Below are positions 12,145 through 27,716 of a stretch of 64,000 nt of DNA, piece after piece; the first letter of the stretch is position 1, and each line of letters starts with the position of its first letter. Source of the stretch: Octopus vulgaris (taxonomy: Eukaryota). The translations under genes and the position numbers were made by a program. The notes beneath the pieces were generated by a model. The model ran no database searches. It saw only the letters and a list, made by a program, of their open reading frames with translations, and had not been told where the DNA came from. The stretch covers positions 16,740,001-16,804,000 of the forward strand of contig OX597831.1 of assembly GCA_951406725.2 (NCBI GenBank). The letters are read 5' to 3'.

Positions 12145-13806
12145 TGTTGCGGCCAAAATGTTCAGAACGGCATTGTTTTCGTCAGAAATGTAAGTATAAA
12201 TTTGGTCAAAGTAGTTTTGAACTTGCATAGAAAACCACCACAATCGGACTATAGTTTTATATTCTATAATTTTCACAGGCAATAAATACAATATTAATTG
12301 TTAGTGTCTGAGATTTGGGTGTAATTTCAGAGGATAACACAAAAGTTATGGATGATTTAGTGATTTACTGCAAAACCCATTACGGCCAAAATGATCAGAA
12401 CGGTTAAAAAAATAACAAAATAATAAAAAATGACAGAGAATACTGGAATTATTTAATATTTAGTGTGAAGCCCTTTAGCTTCAATCACACTCTGACATCT
12501 TCGACTGCACGAGAAAATTAAATTTTCAATTTCTTGCTGGGTGATCTTATCCCATTTTTCCTGAAGGGCATTCCATAATTGCTCATTTGTTTTAGGATTT
12601 CTGGCTTTCGAACGTTCTCCTAGAATATTCCATACATTTTCAATAGGATTGAGATCTGGGCTTTGAGCAGGCCAATCCATAACCTCTTCAGCCTTGAGGA
12701 AGTCCATGACCACCTTAGCCTTGTGATATGGGGCATTGTCCTGCATGAATATGGGTGGTCGCTTAGTTGAATTCCTCAGCACAGGCAAGACATGATCTTT
12801 TACAAGTTGTTTATAAACTCCTGCATTTAACTTTCATGTAATCGCACCAAAGGGCCCACACCATCTCCAGATATCATTCCCCAAACCATGACACTTCCTC
12901 CACCGAATTTAACACTAGCCTTAAGGCATTTAGGCAACAAGTTTTCACCTACTTTTCTACGAACGTACCTTTTCCCATCTGAGCCAAATAACATAAACTT
13001 AGATTCATCACTGAAATGCACCGTTTGCCATTTTTCTTGAGACCACAACACATGTTCGGTTGCAAAGGTAAGACGACACTTTTTTTTTTCTTGGAGTTGA
13101 TCAGTGGCTTCACTGCAGGTGCTCTTGCTGGTAGGTCATGTTCAACTAAACGATGAGACACAGTTTTTCGAGATAAAGCTTTCTTCAATACAATGCTCAT
13201 TCTCCGAGAAACAGCAGCTGCAGTTTTAAATCTGTCCTTTTTAACCAACTTTACCATAGCACCATCTTCTATCTTGTGTCGTTTTTCTTGGTCTACCTGT
13301 AAACGTATTGCTTCACACGAACCACAATCATCGTAGAGCTTAAGAATACCGTGAACAACACTTTTTGACTTGTTAACAATCTTTGCAATAGATCCAATAC
13401 TTAAATTATCCTTCCTTCAAAGCTTAATAATCTGCTGACGAATTGGTAACGGAGTAAGTGGCATTATATTAACAAACTACACTGCAAATATTCTTACTAA
13501 TGTTTAGTAAACGAACCGTCACGTAAACAAATTCAAAACATTAGAGTTCGCCGATTAAATATACTAACACACGGAGTAAAAGTAACCGTTCTGAAAATTT
13601 TGGCCGCCATGGGTTTTGCAGTAAATCACTAAATCATCTATAAGTTTTGTATTATCCTCTCACATTACACCAAGATCTCAGGCAATAACAAATAATATCG
13701 TATTTATTGTCTGTGAAAATTATAGAATATAAAACAACTTTGATAAAAAAAATATATCTATCTTACAGACGAAAACAATGCCGTTCTGAATATTTTGGCC
13801 GCCACT
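12142..13806 (-). mobile_element. Tc1-family DNA transposon, full length, IR/DR-type long TIRs, disrupted transposase
   Basis: TIRs ~12142-12403 and ~13585-13806, each with two copies of GGCCAAAATnnTCAGAACGG. Transposase runs 13464 to 12453 in 3-4 frames: HFSDESKF, VKFGGGSVMVWG, FMQDNAPYH, WPAQSPDLNPIENVW. Inserted in (TA)n. Confidence 0.95.
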
Positions 13807-13880
13807 TTATATATATATAGATTTCTTTCCTTTTCTGAACGTGTACCGATTACTCGCGTTTGTGATTTTTCATGTTTGTT

Positions 13881-13949
<69 letters not shown>

Positions 13950-14183
13950 TTATATACGTTATTTACATCATTTACATTTGACGGATATTTGTCCTCATCT
14001 TGTTTGTTGTTAACACAATCAGGTATCTTGGGAAAGTGTCGAACCTGGGTTCTCATTCGCAAGATATATTACGTTGATATTATTATTACTATTCAGGTCA
14101 CTGCCTGGAATCGAACTCCGAATCTTGCGCCTAAGAGCGCGGGCTCCTAACCCCATGATTCCGAGTTTGATTCCAGGCAGTGA

Positions 14184-15845
<1,662 letters not shown>

Positions 15846-16050
15846 AAATAATAATAATAATAATAATAATAAAAACAACAACATCGAAAACTACATTAGG
15901 AATGAGAAAACAAGTGTATATCAGCCAGAATGTTGTGTTAATAATAAACAAGATGCGGACAAATATCCGTCAAATATAAAAAATGAAATTTGTAGAAGTG
16001 ATACTGAGATATGTGAATAATGAATGACAAAAATGTTTTCCGATTTCAAG

Positions 16051-16150
16051 GTTATGAAGCAGCAGAGTACTGCTATGAGGCAGCGATAAAACTTTGTCCT
16101 CATTCTATGCAAAATTATCCTATAAGAAGGCCGGATCGTCACTATTGCGA
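16051..16150 (+). CDS. Secreted cysteine-rich protein, copy 1, exon 2 (G|YEAAEYCYEAAIKLCPHSMQNYPIRRPDRHYC|D)
   Basis: Acceptor ttttccgatttcaag and donor GA|GTAAAT. The 100 nt phase 1-2 exon joins exon 1 in frame. Paralogue 55378-55477 has identical length, Cys positions and splice sites. Confidence 0.85.
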
Positions 16151-16329
16151 GTAAATATGCTTGTTTTCAACGTTTATTTCTAATAATTTTGTCCATAAAT
16201 TTCTAATGAATGATATTTGAATTTTTCCTATATGTTGTCACATGATGCGTATCTCTTTACATTATTTATGCATATATATGTATGTGTGTGTGTGTATGTA
16301 TGTATACAGAGAGAGATATAGATATATAT

Positions 16330-16829
16330 ACTAGCAGCAAAGCCCGGTTTCTCAGGGTCTCTTTTTGATGATGTAGCTATGATCGTGTTCGGTTAAGCAT
16401 AATCTATGACATCTTTACTCAACCCAATCATACTGGTCCCTGTTTTGATTGGAGCCTCCGAGTGTATGAAAATTTCCTGACTCCCCCAACTTATCAGAAA
16501 ACTACTTCAGGAGTTGTGAAGTACGAATTTGTACGTGGTCTGTTTCTGAGAGCCATTCTTTTGGACCTCTGAATAATCATTAAAATATTGATTCAATTAT
16601 GATCATAGAAAGAAATTATACTTTAATCCCTATTTTTGTATCCGAAAAAACTATTTGCAGAGAGTAGAGATTGTAGGAACATATATGAATTGGACGTGTG
16701 TGTGTGTGTGTGTGTATGTGTGCGTGCGTGATTGAGACAAGTGGACGTGTGAGAGAAATAGGGTAAGAAAGCGACATAGAATGAGTTAGTGAAGGTGTTG
16801 TAAAGATTGCCGTCTTTTAAGGTACACTA

Positions 16830-16830
<1 letters not shown>
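16330..16830 (-). mobile_element. Helitron-like non-autonomous element
   Basis: The minus-strand 3' end reads gaccc..ccgggctttgctgCTAG|T (hairpin plus CTAG). Paralogue at 61240-61730. Confidence 0.4.
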
Positions 16831-17150
<320 letters not shown>

Positions 17151-17156
17151 GAAAAA

Positions 17157-20100
17157 TACACCGGGGGACGCTTACGATGTAAGAACGATAAAACTGAGCT
17201 CCTAAATCTATCCTCAAACATCGAAAATAAGGACATCGTATGGAGCCAAAGATTTGCTTACAAAGGATTGGACTGTATCCGAGTAAGTAATACTCATTGA
17301 AATTTATTACTATTTTCGAAACGAAATGATGTATTTTGACTCGTTATCATCTCCGCCTCTAACACAACACATGTAAACATGCGTGATACATTACGATCCA
17401 TCAACAACAGATCATCCCCGACCCCAAACACCATGTACAAAGGAACTACGAAGAAATTAAATGCCACCGATACTATTCAACCCAAGAATAACAATCGAGC
17501 GGTACGTACAGTAAACCTACAACAAAAAATGTACGAAAAACTACACGTGCGAAACAATGTGACAACAGAAATAAACGGACCGGTACCCTACGAAAATGAC
17601 GACCGTCAAAATAATGGGCCGGACGTGGTTCCTCATGTCCGCAAATAAAACTCAAAAGACATAAATGGACGCGTGAGGGATACATTTCTATACTACACGC
17701 ATACTTCACAGCAGTGCTCTACCCAAAAAATGAAAACACAACAACACATACATATGAAATATGGAAGGGAAATAACATAAATATAGACTTGGATACAGCA
17801 ATGAACACTAATAAAATAGCTAACATATGAAGATACATTCTCAACGCCAAAAAAATATCAGAAATAGAAATAGAACATCTAAAACAAAAAAATACACCTG
17901 GAAAATGTAGATAGAAGCCACACAACAATGCCCAATAATATAAACACTGAAACAGTAAAACACGAAGACAAACGAAACATTCCCAACAAACACGATGTAA
18001 ACAACAAACCCAGACGATGCATAATAATACACGGCAAACAGCAAGCCAAAACACCGCAAACAAACATATAATTAAGAAAGAAAGCGACACGAATCTAAAA
18101 CTTGGAAACAACGAGGGGGAGGCTAATGATTATGATAATATAAAAAGTAAAATAATCAAAGAATTGAAAATTACAGAGCTCAAAATGGACCACCGACCAT
18201 ACCTCCCAAACATCAAAATAGACGAAACAACAATACCAATTATAAACAGCATAAGCCTAGCCGTCACGGAACTAAAAGCCACTGAAACAAAAAGCGATAT
18301 CACTGAGCTAAACGACTTAATATACGCAGCCACAAAAGAAGCTGGATAAACACTCAAACCCATCCAAACAGGAGTACCACAACCCAGAAAAACCCTATGG
18401 ATAAATAACATCCAAAACAAAATACAAAAATATGAGAAAAGATCTGTCGATTCTTAATGAAATAAGTACACAATGAAAGCTACTGAGCAACAAAAAGAAA
18501 ACAAAAATACTCCGCAAATATAACATCACAGAAAAAAGATTTTCCTGAGATAAAAGAAAAGCTGAAACAAGATATCCTTGCCAAAGCACAAAGTATCCGC
18601 CGGTACGAGAAACACCAGCGCTTCTCTGTGCAAAACAAACAGTTCAACTCCAACGCCAAAACGTTCTACCAAGAACTTGGCAAAAATAAAATAGAAATAC
18701 CGGCAGCACCAACGGCAGAAGAAGAGGAAGAATTCTGGAGAGAAATATGGTCGGCGAACGAACAACCAAAAAAAAGTAGTATTAAAACAACAAACATAGC
18801 ATCTGAGCAACTTGAGACCCACATAACAACTGAAGAGGTCACCCAGGCACTGCAAAGACTAGGCAACTGGAAGGCATCTGGGCATGACAAGATCCCAAAA
18901 TTCTGGTTGAAATATCTTACAGAAATACACAAAAAGATGGCTGAAAATTTTAACAACATGGTAGCAGAGCCAGAGATAATGCCTGAATGGTTCACGAAGG
19001 GGAAAACCATCTTAATTCCCAAATCAAATGAGACAGCAAAACCAGAAGACTACAGACCATTAACCTGTCTCCCTACTATGTTCAAGGCATTTACTGCAGT
19101 GATATCGCAAAGGTTGAACAAGCACCTGGACGAAAACAACCTGTTTTCATAAGAGCAGAAAGGATACCGCAAAGACTCATATGGCTGAAAAGATCAGTTA
19201 ATGAGTAATAAAGCCATAACTGAAGACAGCCAAAGAGAGAAGAAAGATCTCACTATGGCCTGGAAAGACTACAAAAAGGTATTTGACAGCATCCCCCACA
19301 CATGGATCCTCGAAACACTAGCCATGAAGAAAGTAGCACCAACAATTATAAAAAACCATAGGGCATTCTATGAATAAATGGCAAACAGTGCTACATCTCC
19401 AAACAAAAGAGGGACTCATGAAAACCAAAGACATCCACATTAGAAGAGGAATATTCCAGGGAGACACGCTCTCTCCACTCCTTTTCTCCTTGGCACTGTC
19501 ACCTCAAACTGTATGCGGATATAAATGTTACGGCAAAGCGACTAGCCACATTTTATATATGGATGACCTAAAACTATATGCTGCAAATGACAAACAGCTG
19601 GAAACACTATTAAAGACAATTCATGGATTTACCAAAAAAATAGATATGAAGTTTGGATTAGAAGAATGCGCCAAAGTAACACTGAAGAGAAGAAAACTAG
19701 TTAAGAGTAGCAACATCATACTAGATAAAACCAATGAAATACAAGTATTAGACCAAAGCCAAACTTACAAATACTTAGGATTCCAGAAACGAGATAAGAT
19801 ACAACACACACAAATGAAAGAGAAAATAAAAAAGAATATCATAGACGAGTTAGATCAATACTAAAAACAGAGCTCAATGCTAAAAACATAATAATAGGTT
19901 TTAACACTTTAGCTGTCCCAGTTATAAGTTGCAGCTAGAATATCCTTAACTGGACACTAAATGAACTGACCAAAATAGATAGGAAAACAAGAAAAATAAT
20001 GACGGGATCTAGGATGCATCACCCAAAATCTGACATAGAATGGCTATATATACAACGTATAGAGGTGGTAGAAGCCTTATACAGCTGAAAAACTACTATA

Positions 20101-21214
20101 GAATAACGACCATAGGACTGCAAATTATCTACTTCAGAAGGAAGGAAAACTGATACAAATAGCGGCAAAACACGAGCAAAACAAAAAACTGTTCTCAGTA
20201 TTTAAGGAAGCTGACAACTACCAACAAGAATTCATACCACCTAATAAATATGAAGATGAAGTAGAAGAAGAAGATGAAGAAACAACAAAAGCTATAAAAC
20301 AAATGAAATCCTAACTAAAACTAGAACAGCAAAGAACCATGATAAATCGATGTCAAGAAAAGCCCCTTCATGTTAAATACTGGACTAAAGAAAACGCAAA
20401 AGATATAGACAAAGAAAAATCCCAGCAATGGTTGAGAAGCTCAGGACTCAAAGCAGAGACAGAGGGATTTTTAATTGCAGCACAAGACCAAAGACACCTC
20501 ACCAGATATTAACAAAAACATGTAATGAAAAGAAATATAACAAGTAATTGCAGAATATGTGGAGATGGACAAGAAACAATAAATCATATTATCTTTGGCT
20601 GCCCAGTCCTGGCTAAAAAGGGATATATTCACAGACATGACAGAGTTGGAGCCTACATACACTGGAAGCTATGACGACATTATGGAATAACCACAGAAAA
20701 AGGATTGTATAGGCACACACCACAAAAGGTCACAGAAAACGAGAAAGCAACCATACTCTGGGATATGCCGATACACGCATATTGAGAAATTAAGGCCAAC
20801 AGACCAGATATAGTTGTCAGAGATCATGAAGAAAAAAATGCTTTCTAAATGATGTATCAATACCGGCAGATGACAACGTGTCTCTAAAATAAATGGAGAA
20901 CCTTTCAAAATACAAAGACCTGGAAATAGAAGTAACCAGAATGTGGAATCTAAAAACAGAAACAATTCCTAGCATAGTAGGTGCATTAGGCATGATAAAA
21001 AAATATTCAGACAAATACATAACAAAAACACCAGGACTTACAAACACATATAACATACAGAAAATTGCACTACTAGGCACTGCACACCTCCTACGCAGAA
21101 CACATTCCATACAATAACCATCAGAGCATCACAACAAATCACAGCACATACCCAAGGCACACAGATCTGCGCTCGATAGTGAAGTGAAAGCACGCTATAA
21201 AAATAAAACTACTG
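17157..21214 (+). mobile_element. Near full-length R4/Dong-like RLE retrotransposon (family A), inactivated
   Basis: N-terminal KRHKWTRE..YEIW; NWKASGHDKI; YRPLTCL; RGIFQGDTLSPLLF; HILYMDDLKLY; YKYLG; CRICGDGQETINHIIFGC; RHD; NRPD; KYKDL. Multiple stops and frameshifts. Embedded in (AAT)n. Confidence 0.95.
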
Positions 21215-21670
<456 letters not shown>

Positions 21671-21674
21671 TTTA

Positions 21675-22047
21675 CAGTGCTTGAAAATGATCATATCTCA
21701 CTCTTATGGAACTACACCATTCAAACTGACAGAAAGATAGATGCAAATAGGCCAGACATCATATTGAAAGACTTTAGGCAAAAATCATGCCTTCTCATTG
21801 ATATGACTGTCCTAATCGATATAAACGTATCTGACATGACCTACCAAATACTGAGCAAATATAAATGCCTTGAAACTGAAATTTGCAAAACGTAGAACCT
21901 CAAGACTAAAACAATACCTGTTGTCATAGGTTTCCTAGTATAGGAAAAGGGGCTGATTGCTAAGTAGCTTAGATACCAGAAACCCCCAAATGGCAGAAAT
22001 TCGAAATGGAATCTGCCCACATCCTACGCAATATACTTTCTATGTAA
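21675..22047 (+). mobile_element. R4/Dong-like family B 3' fragment
   Basis: LENDHISLLWNYTIQTDRKIDANRPDII, homologous to 15245-15632. Confidence 0.85.
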
Positions 22048-22646
22048 TCTCAACTTCATTAAGAGAAATCTACATAACTTTATTATGGTTTTTTTTTATT
22101 ATTCTCTTGTACAATACTATTTACAAAACCAAAAACATGGCTTTCTAGGCATGGAGGATCAATCTTTGGATTTATCGATCATCTTCACTGGGCTGCATCT
22201 TACAGGGACCATTCATTGTTAAAGACATAATTGATAGTTTAGGCACAATGTTGAGGGAAGTTGATAGCCAATAACATCTACGTTTAGAAATGTATTACTA
22301 TGATTCTATCGAACCCTAAATTAAAACAAGCCAAGATTGTCCTTGCAGATATTGAAATCTGACGGAAAGAAATATTGACAAAATGCAAACTAGCATGCAA
22401 ACTATTCCCCGCCCTTCGTAGCAGAAATAATATCAGCGATTTATAAAGTGAAAACTCTTTGATCGACACTGTTAGACTACATAAAAAATATCCACATAAT
22501 GTACAATATTGGCAGCTGTTTTGAAAAGGTATTGTATATAACATATATTGTGATTTTATATATGAAATACGTTAAAAATTATATATGAAATATTTTAGAT
22601 ATATCACATTTTAAGATTATCTGGCAATCTCTTTTTTTTCTTTTAG

Positions 22647-22831
22647 TCGATTAGAAGCTTTCGAGGGTTGTTATACGAGGAGACAATCTGCGTGTGCGAA
22701 AGAGTACAGTCTATTATCGCGCAATCACATTTTGAATTTAATTGAATTATCTGCGTTCTTGGTTTGTTACGAGACCATGGAGTCCGCGTGTGCTGCAACA
22801 ATCAGACAAATTGCGTACAAACGACTCTGTG
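22647..22831 (+). CDS. Secreted cysteine-rich protein, copy 1, exon 3 (D|RLEAFEGCYTRRQSACAKEYSLLSRNHILNLIELSAFLVCYETMESACAATIRQIAYKRLC)
   Basis: Strong acceptor ctcttttttttcttttag and donor TG|GTATGA. The 185 nt phase 2-1 exon is compatible with exon 2, stop-free, and has 5 Cys with CY-x6-C motifs like exon 2. Confidence 0.78.
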
Positions 22832-23889
22832 GTATGACATTTTAATTAGTTACAATATAATTTCGAGAAATGTTGTATAAGAGGGAATCCCATGCAATAA
22901 TAATAATTGCATTGGGAAAGGATTCGAGTTTTCAGTAAGCGTAAATATTAGCTGAAAATAAAATCGTATTTAAGAATATTTACGCAGTTAGCCATTAGAA
23001 TAATCACAGCAACTGAACTTATCATCACAGTTTTATAAATTAATAGCATTAAAGACCCGTCATTGCCGGGTTATAGTGCTAGTGCAAGTATATATGTATA
23101 TATATATGTATACATATTACATGCACATCCATATATATACATCTACGCATAAAATACAAAATACAAAGTTATATCTTGATATCGCTAGTGATAACAATAC
23201 TCAAAATATATAAGAGACTGGAATTGTTAGCCCGTCTCTTGTAATATCGATCAATTGTATCTTATCCTCCCTCTTGTATAGAAGTGTGGCTACAATCCAG
23301 CCTACCTCTACTTCGGGGGAGGGGCATTTAAATTTTTTTTCCGGGACGTCCTACGTCCCAGATATAAAGGTATAAATTAAATATTTCCACTTTGCAATTT
23401 CGAGTCGAGTACTCCCTTGGACGCTCCATTGACTCGAAACTTGCTTCTATTGTGGCGAATTTACCACCTCTGATTAGATACCTTTCATAGTCGCACCAAG
23501 ACACTTTTCGAAGGTGCTTCCTCAATATATTCAAATCTTCTTTTTTCTCTTCATTGCATACTTTATAGACAATAGTCTTTACTTTAATTTAATTTTTTAT
23601 TATCCATCTAGCCTATTCAATTTCTGCGCGCTAATTTTATTTTTAATTTATTCCCATTCATGTGAAACCACTTATTCAAGTTTAAGTCATTGATACAATT
23701 TTATACCAATTGCTATTTTTACTTTTGTTATGTTACTATTATATTATACTTTAGTTTGATTTTAATTATTACTTACTACATATAATTCAATTGTTATTAT
23801 TTTTTTATTGTTAAAGTGAAATTATCTGAGATAAAGAGAAAATGTTTTTGTTTCACTTTCAACACGTAATACTGGAACAGTGGATAAGA

Positions 23890-24205
23890 TATGATATTGC
23901 TATGGGCTCGCTCTAGGCAAGAAGTTGAACTTTTTTGCCCATGAAACTACATGAACCCTAAGTAAGGCATGTGAAAATGTGAATGAAATTGGTTGTGTAG
24001 TTCTCAAGTTTTAGGTAATAATATTGGAGAAGATATGATATTGCTGCGGGCGTGCCCTAGGCAAAAATGATTTGTTTTTGCCGATGACTCTCCTCGGACC
24101 CTAAGTAAGGTATGTTTAAAATTGGAATCAAATTGGTTGTGTAGTTCTAAAGATTTAGGGAAACACACAAACAGACAGACACACATTCTCAGTTTTATAT
24201 ATATT
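23890..24205 (-). mobile_element. Helitron-like/non-autonomous repeat with an internal ~140 bp tandem duplication
   Basis: Minus-strand start atatatataaaactgagaatgtgtgtctgtctg; 23890-24020 resembles 24030-24160. Confidence 0.4.
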
Positions 24206-24637
24206 AAGCGATAACGTAACATATTCTCGCATTAGCTATTTGATATTTAATGAGGCATTGTTTGGAAAGCCAGTCCTCAGCTAATAATCGAAAACTAACG
24301 GAAACCCAAACTTTCTATTAAATCTAGCATTTAGGTATAAATTGAATCGCAATCCTCCGCTGGGAATATGGATGATACGTTCTGGTGGGAAGTGATGGAA
24401 TGCCGCGTCAGCTGATACCCGTGTGTTTCACGTAAGGATTTTATATATTTTATATCTATATAAGTATTCGTTTTTTTGTTTGTCAGTTTCACAACACATC
24501 AAATATTTAATTTTTATGTTGAAAACGAAGAAATTTAAAGATCACTCCACGCAATACATAATCCAATAAACCTATCTAGAATGAAGTAATATCAGTGAAA
24601 TATTGCATCGATCTCATTCTAATTGTGTTGTATTAAG

Positions 24638-24744
24638 ACTCTGACACCGACTTCCAGACACATCTTGAAGACTGCAATATCAGACGAATAATAGAATATA
24701 TCTACTTCCAGTGCTTCTTTGTGTATGTTTGTGTTTCTAAGTAA
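24638..24744 (+). CDS. Candidate exon 4 of copy 1 (D|SDTDFQTHLEDCNIRRIIEYIYFQCFFVYVCVSK*)
   Basis: CTAAT branch-like motif then ttgtattaag acceptor; phase-1 compatible; open frame with Cys. The end is ambiguous (donor gtatgt at 24723, gtaata at 24741, or stop). No paralogue in the window to confirm. Confidence 0.35.
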
Positions 24745-24912
24745 TATATATAGTTGGAATTTACAGGAAAACGAAAGGCGAAGAGAGGTGAATATAAAGA
24801 AAGCAGGTGTATTAATTTGATACTACGGAAGGAGAGAAAGGATTTAGCGGCAGTCAGGACAGTCAATCTTGGCTATATATATATGTGAGAGTGGGTGTGT
24901 GTATGTGTGGTT

Positions 24913-24979
<67 letters not shown>

Positions 24980-24982
<3 letters not shown>

Positions 24983-25293
24983 GTTATCGCCATAATATGG
25001 CATTCTTATAAAAATAAGAATAAAGCTGTCCGCTTATTAGCTCAATGAGGCCATCGCCTTAAGTTAGCTATTTGATACACAAACTGTATCCATATAACCT
25101 TTGAACAAGGGAGGTCAGTCGCTCCACACTACTTGATCGACAGCTACAGACGCGTTTCGGGGTATTGCCCCTTTATATGGATACAGTCTGTGTATCAAAT
25201 AGCTAATTTAAGGCGATGGCCTCATGGAGGTAATAAGCGGACAGCTTTATTCTTATTTTTATAAGAATGCCATATTAGTATGGCGATAAGTAT
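24980..25293. mobile_element. Penelope-like tail-to-tail inverted LTR remnant
   Basis: About 130 bp inverted arms (24980-25114 / 25174-25293). The spacer holds half a hammerhead on the minus strand (gggcaatacccc GAAAC gc GTC). Confidence 0.6.
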
Positions 25294-25352
25294 TATTTTC
25301 CAGGAACGCTGCAATGATCTCTTTTAGAGAGACTTAGTAATTTTAATATTTC

Positions 25353-25391
<39 letters not shown>

Positions 25392-25557
25392 CATGCTCGC
25401 TTAGCCAGCGGGGTGGCGTCATTCAAAGGCTAAAACAATGCGAACGCATTATGACCAACGATGTGTAACAACATATGATGGTCTATTCGGTCACGTGATC
25501 ACGTGATATATATATATATATATATACATAAATATATATATATATATATATGTATAA

Positions 25558-26155
25558 CTACAGTCTGTTTCAAAAAATCTAATGACTGCTATTTCCTGTT
25601 CAAATGACTTCAAATGTTAACAGCATCGGTAAAAATAGGTCAAAATATTATGGTTAAAGTTTGATATGTTTTTAAGTATAGGAATTGCATTCACTATAAA
25701 TGATAATGATATTTGTGTGTTGGAATATGGTCGACCACAGTCGAACAAGACTGTGCGGCTTACTTTGATGATGGATTTCACTAAAAGGTCGCCAACGGCG
25801 AAGCGGTTTTGGTCCTGGCTCAAAAAATTCAAAAGCGAAGGTTTTCTGTGCCGGTGGAGACGATCCGGATGAGCACTAACATCGGACGAGACAGTCGAGG
25901 AGGCTAGCCCGAAACTCTGTGAAAGCTCCAAGATCTCCATAAGAAGAACCTGTTTGGACGTCCAGATTCCGCCAATGACAGTTTAGCTCGACCTGATGAA
26001 ACCTTACAAGCTGAGGTTCATTCAGGCCATAATGGCAGACGACAAGCGACTGCGCAAACAAGGGGCTATGTGAAGGGCTTGGTCTATGTCACCCACACCC
26101 TTTCTGAAAACCTAGATGAACTCGAGCAGAGAATCAATACCGCACTGGAGACTGT
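25558..26155 (+). mobile_element. Internally deleted Tc1/mariner-superfamily transposon
   Basis: TA|CAGTCTGTTTCAAAAA end. ICVLEYGRPQSNKTVR..SPTAKRFWSWLKKFKSEGFLC..SG resembles the N-terminal HTH (DUF4817-like) of mariner-type transposases. Confidence 0.7.
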
Positions 26156-26451
26156 GCGAATCCTAATTAACTGTGCAATATCATGGCAGATCTTAATGCG
26201 AATTTGTGAAGACGATCCAGTAGGCAATAAAATACGAATTCGTTACTAAAACATTCATATGACTATTATTACATTTTATGTGTTTATACATGTCGCAAAT
26301 CACTGCAAAACACATACACACACACACACACACATTTATATTTATATAAGATAAATATAGGCTATCATGCTTTGCATACTGAATATTATCAAAGCAAATT
26401 CAACAATGCCGCCGAATAACAATTATTGAACAGAAAAACTAAATTACAAAT

Positions 26452-26635
26452 ACTTATTTCTTTATTGCCCAAAGGAGGTTAATTAAAGGTTGGACAAACA
26501 AGAACCCAGAATGGGATTAAATCGACTACATGGACCCCAGTAATTATCTGGTACTTCCTTAATCGACCCCGAAATGAAAAAGAGCAAAATCGACTTCGGC
26601 GGAATTTGAACTCAGAACGTAACAACAGACTAGGC
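26452..26635 (-). mobile_element. SINE fragment (second octopod-type family)
   Basis: cttatttctttattgccc..gaccccag..ctggtactt..atcgaccccgaa..tcgacttcggcggaatttgaactcagaacgt; the minus strand carries a B-box-like GAGTTCAAATTCC. Confidence 0.65.
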
Positions 26636-26907
26636 ATAACAAATATTGCGTGAGAGAAAACAGAAACGAGACAGAAGAATTTAGTAGATATATTGCCATT
26701 ACCACAAATTTTCTGATTATCTACATTAGAGATACTTCTTATGCTTTAGCTGATATTCTCACATATATGTATAAACGCACAAACACATATATAATGCATG
26801 TATATATACATATATATGTATATATATATATGCATATATGTGAGATGGTTTTATGTTTATATCTATATATGTATATCTAAGTATATATATATGCGTGTAT
26901 GTATATG

Positions 26908-26975
<68 letters not shown>

Positions 26976-27547
26976 TTTTTTGTATGTGAAATTTACAGAA
27001 AAACAAAAGAAGAATCAAGTGTAGAAGGAGTGGCCAGGTGTATTATTTCGGGAAGGTGAGAAAGTCTTTTACGTTTCGAGCCTTCGTACTTCGGCATGAA
27101 AGAACATGAGAAATAAACATACAGAGAATTTAAAACAAAAAAAAAACATTTGGAGATAGTAGTTAATCAAATACATCCTCATAGACATACGTCTATAACA
27201 TTATCTGCAAAAAATTCATGATCCAATTACAATGATTAGAGAAAGTGCAATCTCATACTAATGAAAAATCTTTCAAAATCTGTGAACCGATTATTAATAA
27301 CTCCCTATGGGATACTTCATATATATTTTTTTTATATCCAGTGAGTATTTGGGGGTTAAGTGTTTTCATTTGTCGGATTTTTAAAAGCACAGATATATTA
27401 GGGCTAATACATAATATGGAAGTTGTATTTTGTAATGATATTAACCCTAAAGGGCTACGTATATCTATACCCCAGTGTCAATTTGTTGGTATGCGCTGCT
27501 CTCTCATAATGATGGTGATGATGATGATGATAAGGAGACAAACAAGT

Positions 27548-27716
27548 AGAAGAAGAAGAAGAAAAGGAAGAAGAAGAAGAAGAAGAAGAAGAAGAAAAGG
27601 AAGAAGAAGAAGAAGAAGAAGAAGAAGAAGAAGAAGAAGAAGAAGAAGAAGAAGAAGAAGAAGAAGAAGAAGAAGAAGAAGAAGAAGAAGAAGAAGAAGA
27701 AGAAGAAGAAGAAGAA
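27548..27716. repeat. (GAA)n microsatellite
   Basis: Direct inspection; a second tract lies at 28296-28437. Confidence 0.95.

Noticed and set aside
24335-24432. GC-richer patch with AG and GTAAG as a possible exon 4
   Set aside because: Stop codons in all three + frames.
24487-24568. Good acceptor (ttttttgtttgtcag) giving VSQHIKYLIFMLKTKKFKDHSTQYIIQ*
   Set aside because: Phase-compatible with exon 3 but no Cys, no motif and intron-like composition. Cannot be supported, though not excluded as a terminal exon.
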